A DNA stretch of 54,904 nt, counting the filler, from Bipalium vagum (taxonomy: Eukaryota): the NCBI GenBank assembly GCA_037834085.1. It is 3 parts of 3 records of this genome, joined end to end, with 100 filler letters (N's around TTAATTAATTAA, not from the genome) between each part and the next. Parts side by side here need not be neighbours in the genome. Positions count along the whole stretch, not along the records: positions 1 to 15,583 come from JBBMKC010158656.1; 2 more parts are not named here. One strand, written 5' to 3'. Of this stretch, positions 1-10,382 are shown one piece after another (position 1 is the stretch's first letter; each line of letters starts with the position of its first letter). The notes under the pieces were generated by a model, which had not been told where the DNA came from, ran no database searches, and was given only the letters and a program-made list of their open reading frames with translations. The translations under genes were made by a program, and so were the position numbers.

Positions 1-77
1 CGTCTAATATCAACAACGGTTTATATCATTGGAATTGTGTTCAAAAAGCAATGTGATATTAAGCGGGTTTGACTGTA
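1..77. mobile_element. End of pogo/Tigger-like element (TIR)
   Basis: Ends GTGATATTAAGCGGGTTTGACTGTA, the reverse complement of a TA-CAGTCAAACC-type terminus. Confidence 0.5.
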
Positions 78-709
78 ATTCAAATTTCTTTCTAAAACTT
101 TTAAGGCATTTCTTAATCCTCAGTAATATCTATTAAATGAAAATCTTAAGTTTTATTAATTCCATATTTATAAAAAAAATAATGTCAAGGATGATTTATT
201 GTAAAATTTTAACTCAAGGTATTTTAAAGTAAACAAATTTTATTTTAAAAATAAATTTTGAAAAATATTTTAAAAAGGTTTACTATTGGGACAAATATTT
301 AATTTTTTTTATTTAACTCAAATGACGAACGAATTCCTTGTTTTACAATCTTAAATTATAATAGTTAATTAAAATCAGTTCAAACGCATTTTTTCAGTTT
401 TCTTAAAAAATATGAACAATTTTCAATTTTTATTCAAAATTAAAACAATTTTGTACGTATTCATAACAAGTGAGAAGTCAGTGAAAATTTATTAAAATCC
501 ATAAATGACAAATTAATAAAAATGCTTACAAAAAAGAGTACTATTGATATCTATTTGAAAAGATGGTTCCGAAAGAGCCAATATAAGTAATTGTTTTTCA
601 ACAGAACAATATGTTTTACATGCAAATATGTAGCTTCAAAGTTACAATAGAAATAGTTTAAAGTTTTAAGGATTGTCTTCGACTGATATACGATGTGCCG
701 TCTATTGTT

Positions 710-3700
710 TTAATTGACTGCAATAATAATGACTAAGACAATAGCAACCAAAGCAGCAACTGTAGCATGAAGGCCCAGCATGAAATATTTGAACATCCGA
801 CCCTGATTAATAAATAATCTTTATTTTTAAGATAATATAACTCACTGATTGTTTCGGTGGCAACGGCTTGGTCTGAGGAGTCTGATTTGTGATCAAAGCT
901 GCGTTGTATTCTTCAAATTCCATTTCATAAGTTTGTCTTTTATCTGTAAATATAAGGAAAATGGTTATCTTTCTATTAAATATTGAAAATTTTTTTCAAT
1001 TAGTTTTTGTAAAGGATAAATTTGTTCACATTAAATATGAAAAATTGACTACTTTCACATTATTAAGTCTACATATATTGTTTAAATAAAACGAAATCTT
1101 GAAAACATGGCAATATTGAATTGTTCTGAAAATCACTTCGCATTTTTTTAGTAAAAGGTAAGTATTGGTAATAAATATTTTAATCAATGATGTATTGTCC
1201 TTTTTGTTCCAAGACCTTTGCCGTCCACCAGGCAATTTGAATATCTCAACCTTTAAAATTACTCAAGGGCTTTAAGTTAATATTTTAAAATAGGTATAAA
1301 AAATTGAAGTGACTTTCCGAACAGCCCAATACTACTGCTACTAGTAAAAAATAATAATAATAATTCAAATATTACCTTTATTACGTCTATAGTACAAGCA
1401 ACCGTGTATTTCTAGAATGATTTCGACAATAAATTGGAAAATAACGAAGACAATAAGAATCCACTGAGGATATTCTAATTGAGAAAGTTGAAATCCAGCT
1501 GCTGGAAGTCTCATTCCAATCATAATTGTTGGCACTGATAAGCAATAGGCAACTGTTCCAATAAAAAAATGAAACCAGTTAAACCACGGTCTATCTTTGG
1601 AACTGGGCTTGCATCGACAAAGGGCAACTAAAGGCTAAAGAACATAATGTTGAATTGAATAAGAATATAATTGTAAAATATCTTACATTTAAAAACGATA
1701 AAATAAAAACTATAATTCCCAAAATTGGATGAGCTTTATATGGTAGACTATCCAATTTTGAGTATCCACCAACATGGATAAATATAAGGATAAAAGAAAT
1801 CGTGGTTAATAAAACACAAGTGCCTTGAAGACATCTATGAATTTGAAACCATAACATTTCTTGAGCAATTCCGGTGTAAGGCCACATTTCTTTATAATAT
1901 CTAGCTAGAATGATTCCAACGGAGCTACAGAATATCCATGCTATAACCATAAGAATACCATGACTTTTCGCTAATGATGAATCGAATGACGATGTTCCAC
2001 TAACACCATTGAAGGAACCCCTATATAGATTAATTTAGTTAAAAGTTAAAGTAAAAATTAGTGCATACCTTGAAAAGTCAATAGGAATATCACTTAATAT
2101 TAAGCTACCCGAAGAAGGTTGACCCATACCATATTGAGTAGCTTCTGTACCTCTAACCGTTATCAAATAGTATTGGTTTCCCGGCGACAAATCCTTCAGT
2201 TGTAACGAAGCTTGTGATGGTTTCAATGCTCGCAAGAATCGACACATCAATCGTTTTGATATATCATTAAACTGACCACCATAACGTTTATTTCCAGTGG
2301 TAATCAGTAAATTCTATTTTTAAAAAATTGAATATTAAAACTTGTTCATATATCAACTCCATGTGTTTTTAACTTCAAAAAAAGAAACAAGAAATATATT
2401 ACAGATCAAACTAAAATAAATGCAAGAAAAGAGAATGCATTTACCATAGAAACTTCAATTGCATTGTAAATAGCATATGAAGTTTATTTCAACAATAACA
2501 TTACTTGAAAATTATTGATTAATTTATTAAGTCACGTCTTCATTAAAAGCAAAAATATTAAATAAATAAAAACTTTATTTCTCAAATTCACTTTTATTAA
2601 TCTAATATTTGATTTCACTTTTTGATAAATTTGTCCAGGGAAATACTTTAACTGTCTTTNNNNNNNNNNNNNNNNNNNNNNNNNNNNNNNNNNNNNNNNN
2701 NNNNNNNNNNNNNNNNNNNNNNNNNNNNNNNNNNNNNNNNNNNNNNNNNNNNNNNNNNNNNNNNNNNNNNNNNNNNNNNNNNNNNNNNNAATAATGTAAC
2801 AGATAAAAATGAATCATAAAAAAGATATTAATTAAAAAAGATATTTTACAAATGATTTACCATTGAATTTGTAACATCACAAATGATGTGCAAATTTATA
2901 TTTCAAATCTACTCATAGCTATATAGAACAGTTAATAATAAAATATTAATAAATTAAGTGATATAATTTATATTAAAAAATAATCTTATAATCACATTAA
3001 ATTTATCCAAACTTAATCCTGTTTATGATTACATTTACGAAACCACATTAAACGGTACTCAACTGATGTAAGTTTCATAACTTTCGGTCGCAGAATGAAT
3101 AATTTTTGTTTTATTTTATCTATTCTTTCAAAATAAATAATTAGGAGAAAAAACTTTGATTTCTCAAAATTTTCATTGTTTAAAATCTAACTGTAAAGTT
3201 TTGATCTTTCTCTCAGCGGGATCTGCAAATTAAAGTATTATGCAACAGAATCCGTGAAATTTTTCGATCTCCAATAATATTGTGTATTTACAAAACTTTT
3301 CACACATAAATAAATCACATACTCTTTAAAATAAGTAAATACAATTCAAAGATAAATAAATAAAATAGCGGAATACTTAACATGGAAATATTACATAACA
3401 ATTTTACAGTTCGTAATTGATTTATTACTGGAATTAAAAAGAGGGAAACTTATATTTCCAAAATTTAACAAAACCAAAGAAAAGTAAAAATATGCTTTAA
3501 TAAATTCATAATTTCAGAGGGTCGAAAGAAAATGATAAAATCTTATTAGTAATAAAAAAATTTTAAAATTAAGAATTATTAAAACAAAAAATCTGAAATT
3601 TTAGATTAATCATCGACAAAATATTTTATTTAATAATTACTTTTTCTGCTTTTCAGATTTTCTCCAATCGATTTCTACGACATTTTCAGAAAGAAATTAT

Positions 3701-5431
3701 TATTATATAATACGAAATACAGGTCTTAATTTATGACGAATCGAATATAAATGTCCATTTTACTAAATCAAAGCAGAATTACATAATTCCACAAATGCTT
3801 GACCAAGTCAGATCAAGAAATAAACAATTTTTCCAAAAGAACCCAGCTTAAGATTTTGTAGACAAATATAAATTTTGGCTTACATTCAGAAATAGCCGCA
3901 CGACTTTTTTGTTTAAAAAATCGGTTCACACACAATGATCGGCATCATTTCTATGATTAATCCGGTGCAGTTCTATGAGAAAAATGCACCCATTCACTGA
4001 CATGCACATCAATAATGATGAATTCCATTCCATTACTGTTTTACAGTTTCTCGGTCAATCGTTGGATTTTCTAAAGTCTGTGCTGCTTAATTAAATGTTT
4101 CTTCAGATTTTTTCGTTAGCGAAGGTTTTTTTACCGAAATTATTAGAAAAAATAATATAATGATAACAATATCTGACATTGGTTCACAAATCAACACAAA
4201 ATGAATTAATAAAATATTTATTATTTACAGAAGGAAATATCATTAATAAAAACTCGATTGCTTCATTGTGACCGATGAAGAACTGTGTATCATGAAAATA
4301 AACGTTCGGAAAAATGATATATTTCAAAGTGATAAACATAAAAAAATCGTTTAGATAATATTTTGTGAAAAAAAAATCACAGATAAAATGAAATGAAAAA
4401 TATTTTTTGATTAAGCTTCAGAAAACCATGACATTGTTGAATACTGTTTATAATACAGTTAATACCGCCAACAAACGTTATCTATTGATCAAAAGTTATT
4501 GGCTCACTTTTTTAGATCAATGTGGTTCTTAGTTATTTTCCAGAGAAATTTATTTATATTTTCGAAAAGTGATTGAACGGATTGTTATGTTATTTTCAGC
4601 GTACAAAAGTAAAATTGAATCAATATTTAATATTCTTTTGTTGTCCACGAAATCTAAGTTAATAGAAAGGAAATCTATATTTACACATAGAATGTTAAAA
4701 ACGCTAGTCTTCATTCGGTAATGGAACCGTCAAACGATGATAGTAATCTTAAATATTTTTAGCCTGTTATTAATACACGATTACTGTTGTAGGCTTGTGA
4801 ATGAGATTCAGTCTCTTAACAAATTTTTACTGTGCCATCGACCCAGTCTCTGCATTTCTTACTTTCATGTATGTAATACACATCAGTACAGTCAAAATGA
4901 TAATCGAGGAAAATAGTACCGAAAATTAATCAATTTTTACACTTGTTTGATGACGATTAATTTTTTAAATTGGTCAGATCATATTCATTCTATTTTAATA
5001 TAAAATGAAATGATACTTACATCATCGAAGAGAGTTTTAATATCTGATCGTTCACTATTTTCCAATGAGCCAGCAACAACCTTGACTTCTTTGTTTTCCA
5101 CGTAACAACTAACAAAACCATCATTTCCCTTAAAATTAGATTAAAAAAATCTCATATTTTTCAAAACTATTACCAGTGATTTATCTTCTGAAAACAAAAG
5201 CATGATGTAACCGTTATCACTGTAAACATTGCCTATCATCTCAAATTCTAAGAAATCCTTATCTTCATAGCGTATCGGTTTCCAAGAAATTCCAAATTCA
5301 CAATTGTCCACAGTGCATGCTCTAGATGTTTTAAAACATGCTTTGGTATGTTCACAGTCATAGAAAGACATTGATTCTATAGCGTAACATGAATAACTAA
5401 GTGATAATATCACTAGTATTTCTTTCAACAT
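710..5431 (-). CDS. Ferric-chelate reductase (FRRS1/SDR2-like): signal peptide + DOMON + cytochrome b561, complete, 464 aa
   Basis: Exons 5174-5431, 5021-5128, 2069-2313, 1687-2020, 1376-1634, 846-943, 710-802 are all GT-AG and phase-consistent, from ATG to TAA. The four b561 His are present (KSHGILM, FQIHRCLQ, KAHPILG, NWFHFFIG). DOMON-like N-terminus (GYIMLLFSEDKSLGNDGFVSC). No Reeler domain seen. Confidence 0.9.
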
Positions 5432-6199
5432 TTCAAAAATTCCGATTATTAATTATTGAAAGTCGCTAACGATATTTTAATTGAAATCAAATTAAAAAAT
5501 TGCTATTTATATATATAGATAGTTAAATGTTATTAATACAGATAAACAATTTTTAACTTTAAAATAAAATACTAAAAATAATTAAATGAAAAATAATACA
5601 GTAACAAAATTAATTTTATTTTATTATTAAAATGTAATACTTAATCGAAATTCAATGTTCAATGGCTTTGCCTGGTTTATTAACTTTATATTATATTTGA
5701 ATAAAAATAATTAAAAAGATTAGACGTTTAGTGTTTTCAAATTGTTTCTATTGAGAAGTTTGATAATTGATTTCTTGAGCTTTGTAAGTAGGACTATTAT
5801 GATGTAAAGGGAGAAGAAAAAGTTTTTTTATTATATATTTTTGCTCAGAGATAGAGCGAATTAATTTTTCATTAAGTGAGTTGATGGTCTCATTGGCCCC
5901 AAAATAAAAAAAAATCAGCTCTCAAAAGGAGAGATATAAAAAACTACAATTTTTGATTAAAATAAATAAACTTATTATTTTTGACTGAAACCAGAATATT
6001 TAGGATTAAACTTAAGAAAAATAAAAAATATTTCGATGAGTTTAATTTTAACTGAAGAATTCCTAAGGGTTACAATTATTTCTTCAGTGTACGGAGAAGC
6101 AAAATAACTGAAAGGTGTGTGGATGTTTAATTAATTCTTTTATTATTTTCGTTTTGTTTTGTCCCTTTTATTACCAATTATAGATTTTGATTAACATGA

Positions 6200-7060
6200 C
6201 TTCTAAAATAAGGTGACCAGTGATTTGCAAGTCATACGACTGTTAGAATTCACTAAACATTGATATGAGAATCACATTCAAAATCCAGGTAGTTGGAATT
6301 GATCAATGAGGGACGAGTTTGGTTATGAAGAGGAATTGATTTCTGATTTGGGCATGAAATATTTTCAAAGATTTTCACATTTGATTTCAGTTCATTTCAT
6401 TTCATTCTTGATATACTTTGGGCGTTTGAACTGACATGTACATAAATAATCGGTATAAGATCAATCATCCATAGCTGAATAAGTCTTAATCATTGTGATG
6501 AATTTTTTTCAGTGAAGTTAATATCCATTTTATATGAAAAATAAGAGTGACGCTATTTGTTCCTCAGCAAATTGACCAATTAAAAAAGAAAAATGCGTTT
6601 TACCAAAACAGTAGAAAAATAAAGAGATGAAACTCATTTTGAAAAAGTTTTTTTCAATTTGACCGAAAAATCAATAATTTTAAATTTGAAAAAAAGGGAT
6701 CAAAATTCTAATCAAAGGTCCAAACGACTGATAATCAGAAAATTTCCGGTTGATAACGCAGCGCTGTTATTTCGTTTTGCAATGAAAGTTTCACATCAGC
6801 TTTTGTAACTACAGTCGATTTCGATTTCAAAGTAAAATAGAATGCATCATTATAAAAAGTGAGCTTAAGAAGTTGGTATCCAATTGTGCAAGGAGATTGA
6901 ACCATCACAATAACTTATCATTGAGAGATTATGGGCTTTCTTTTAAAGTATGATATTATTAATGAGAAATCGCATTTTGAACATGATGGAGAATTTTTAA
7001 GTTGTGACGAAGACAGAGAAATTGATAATTATGCCCAGAGGATGTAAAATTCTACGATAT
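6200..7060 (+). mobile_element. Decayed IS630/Tc1-like transposase remnant
   Basis: Disrupted frames with VDNAA and LIIERLWAF motifs; ends not defined. Confidence 0.4.
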
Positions 7061-7150
7061 GTAATGTTTATTAATATTTATAATCTTAATTTATAAACAT
7101 AATAATATTTTGTAAAAATTATAATTGTGAGATAAATTGAAAATTAGTCG

Positions 7151-7216
7151 GGGGATGTAGCTCAGCGGTCAGAGCAGTGCATGTGAAGATCCAGGGTTCG
7201 AATCCCGGTATCTCCG
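7151..7216 (+). pseudogene. tRNA-Ala-derived sequence in 5' LTR (anticodon arm deleted)
   Basis: GGGGATGTAGCTCAGCGG (A box) ... GGTTCGAATCC (B box) ... TATCTCC, with a G3:U70 pair. Lacks 6 nt of the anticodon region relative to the 3' LTR. Confidence 0.8.
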
Positions 7217-7389
7217 ATTAATTTTCACTAACATGGCGACCACACCAGGACACCAACCAGCGGACGAGGTCTCGAAAGTGAAAATGAAAAGTAAAATGAA
7301 AGGAAATAGAATTAAGAGACTCGGGGCGGTTAAGGATATGGTTGTGAGCTTTAAAGGTGGGGGATGTGAGATAAATTGAAAATTAGTCG

Positions 7390-7461
7390 GGGGATGTAGC
7401 TCAGTGGTCAGAGCAGTGCATGCGCATGTGAAGGTCTAGGGTTCGAATCCCGTTATCTCCG
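7390..7461 (+). pseudogene. tRNA-Ala(CGC)-derived sequence in 3' LTR
   Basis: Colinear with eukaryotic tRNA-Ala, with A and B boxes intact. CGC sits at the anticodon position (loop TGCGCAT), but the anticodon stem does not pair. Confidence 0.8.
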
Positions 7462-7584
7462 ATTAATTTTTACTAACAATAATTATCAGTTTTCCTAATA
7501 TAAAATAAAATATTAATTTTTATTTTCATTAGATTATGTTCGGATTAAAAGTTTTTTAACTGTTTTATGAATGAGACAGATGAA

Positions 7585-7805
7585 AAGAAATGATGGAATG
7601 GAAATTGATTTTCAGGTCGTTCTCAGTCAAATACGTGTCAGGTGGGCGCATAATTAAAGTTCCGGGGTTTCTTATAGTTAATGAAAAAGAGAAGATGAAG
7701 GGTAATAAATGAAAGGAAATTGATAACTTTTTTCTCTCAGTCCACGAAAAGCTCCCGTTTTTTCACATCAGTTAATGAAAAACGAGAGAAGAGAAAGGTA
7801 ATGTA
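7585..7805 (+). repeat. Degenerate tandem duplication, unit about 110-120 bp
   Basis: Repeated ordered motifs GGAAATTGAT...TCTCAGTC...AGTTAATGAAAAA...AGAAGA...GGTAAT. Confidence 0.55.
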
Positions 7806-7859
7806 GTGCATCGAAAAGATTAAAATAGAATGAGCTGCCAGTATCGGCTGATTTGATTT

Positions 7860-8788
7860 TTTTCCGTAGTTATATAGAAATTTTCAATTACTCCTTGATC
7901 CATTGACTGTGCTTTAGCAATAATATTTGGCATACAAACACAATTCTATATTCCTCAATTGTATATTGGTTGGATGAGCTCTGCGATTATCAACAAATAG
8001 TAAGATCTTTCTATCGGTGTTTTGGAGTTTTTTATTTCAATATTTAAGCCATTTCTCCAAGATATTGGCAGTCATACATGTCTTTGTATTGGAATTATAA
8101 GCAATTGAAATTTTTTTATTTTTGAAACATTGTGGCCTTGCATATTTCCGAATAATAAATAGAGGTGTTTTTCAGTTCCAATCATATTGACTCAAACGAG
8201 AACAGTATCAGGATCTTATATTTCATCGACTTTTATCATAATTGCCAATTCTTTTACTTTTTCTTTTAAAAGAAAACCATTTACAAGAGCATTTTGATTC
8301 CTGTTTTGTTTGAACCATACCAAAATAGACTGGTCAAGATCATCACATTGTGTGGATCTTATCATTACACATTTTGAGCATTTACCATTAATCAATGCAT
8401 CTTAAATGACCTTTTTTATCTTATTATTCCATTTATAGTTGTTCATGATATGGCAACCTTTTAGCTAATTCATTTAAGGATTTCTTTCTTTTAATGTAGT
8501 GTTAGCTTTTGTCGTTTAGATTTCTCAGGCTTCATTTATGTGTGCTTAAAGATTTAATATTTCATTATTTAAAAATTATTTAAAATGACTTAAAATTATA
8601 TGGAAGTAATTTTAAAATAAATGATATACATTTTAAATGTAGGGTCTAAAATTTTGACGTTATGGAGAGGCTTGTCGTTCTAGAAAGGCGACTCTCTATA
8701 AAGGTATTTTTCTTAAAATCTACTTATATATATATTTAAAAGTAAATGACGTTAAATGGAGGTGACTTTATAAAGAGGTTCGATTGTA
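7860..8788 (-). mobile_element. pogo/Tigger (CENP-B-like) transposon remnant
   Basis: DLDQSILVWFKQNRNQNALVNGFLLKEK (CENP-B HTH), RKILLFVDNRRAHP and QSMDQGVIENF (DDE). Terminus TACAATCGAACCTCTTTATAAAGTCAC with subterminal repeats at about 8655-8788. Confidence 0.8.
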
Positions 8789-10382
8789 TCAATAATCAAT
8801 AAGCCAAATATGATTTAAAGGGTCAAAAAGAAAGGAAAAATAAAAATAAAGTAATACAAAACTCACAGTTTTAGGAGACGATTAGTCCTATGGTTAATTG
8901 GTGAGTCCAAACGAGTACGCTCATAAACGCCCTAACAGCGCAGGACACATTGTTGGCTTCTGTCGCATAAAAATAGGCATAGTATATATATATATATATA
9001 TGGTAATTTTCTTCCACAGTAAATAAACTGGTTCTTCCGACGTCCTATGATCCAGAAAGACGACGTTTTTAACCAGAAAGTAGTACAAAGCCATGATAAA
9101 AAAATTGAAATTGAAGAGAAATGACACTTATATAAGACTATGTCAAATATTATATAATACTTATTATTATATTATATTATATTATTCTTTCCTGGTTAAT
9201 ATTAAAATATATAACATCTTTTAAAAATTTTTTAAAAAATTTGACATCTTTACCAGACTTCTTAAATGAAATAAAAGTATTATTTATAGAATTAAATCAT
9301 TGAAATAGTTATATATGTATAATATTAGTAAACTTCATCATTTTGTTATCCTTATTGAATAAAAATGTCTCGATTTTCTGATTGTATTATTTCGATGTTA
9401 TTCACTTTCATCATTATTAATTTTTTTGGTACCATTCACTCTATGATTAAGATTTACTTGGATTTTTACATCTGAATTTTATTTAAACAATTGAGCAGTG
9501 TTTCGCTTCTTTTTTCTCGTTGAAAATCTGGGAAGAGTTTCAAACTATCAATTGTCTGGTCACATGGACATCTCCAAATTCGTATTAGAGACCATAGGAG
9601 AAAAAAATAACCTGGTGTTTCATTTTATTAGAGTTGAATCACAAAAAAGAACTAATCTCAAATTTTTATTTTCAAAACAATAATGTTGCTTTCTCAATAT
9701 CTGCATTATTGATTATGATATATTTTTTGATACTAAATAATAATAATATAATAATATAATTGATTAATTGCTTTTATAATTTCCAAATAAAAATGTGTCT
9801 GAAAAGAAGAAAGATCAAAATTATTAAAAAGTTACGTATAAAAAATAATAAAATATTAATTTTACTATTATATTATCAAAATACGCATATTTAAACACGA
9901 GAATTTCAAACAAAATTAATAATAAAAATAGAAGTGAAGAATTATATTTTTAAATGCTTTCTAATTAAGATTAATATTTGACATAAACCGATGGATAGAT
10001 TTTCTTTTACCAATAATTTCACAAGACAAAATTATTAAAGATTCCTAGACTAATTTGTCTCTAAATTATAATGACCTTTATAATAAAAACAAAAACAAAT
10101 TAAAAATCGAAAATAATATTTTTATTAATATATCAAATGAAATTCGAAATGAACTAAGTAAATTAATCGCTATAACCAATCAAAGGTTAAGACAGCCATT
10201 GAGAATCAAATAAACAAAAAATTCAATAAATAATTGGAAATCCAATATTCACATTGATACAAAAATCAAGAGTTACAAATCATAGATTATATAGACTAAA
10301 TAATAATAAAAATAAAAATTATAATAATAGCTATCACTTTCAGTTACACTTATCAGTGGCATATAAATTCCCTAGATTACCC

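Larger units (their letters stand above)
7126..7478 (+). mobile_element. Non-autonomous miniature LTR retrotransposon (TRIM) with tRNA-Ala-derived LTRs
   Basis: Direct repeats 7126-7233 and 7365-7478 both start TG and end CA. PBS TGGCGACCACACCAGGAC at 7234-7251, PPT AAAGGTGGGGGA at 7353-7364, and ATAAT duplicated at 7121-7125 and 7479-7483. No coding capacity. Confidence 0.9.

Noticed and set aside
7151-7461. Two functional tRNA-Ala genes or a tandem SINE
   Set aside because: Anticodon arms are broken, and homology extends to TG/CA boundaries with PBS, PPT and TSD, so these are LTRs.
9028-9076. SECIS-like ATGA..AAA..GA hairpin
   Set aside because: Helix II is far too short, and there is no plus-strand gene with an in-frame TGA nearby.
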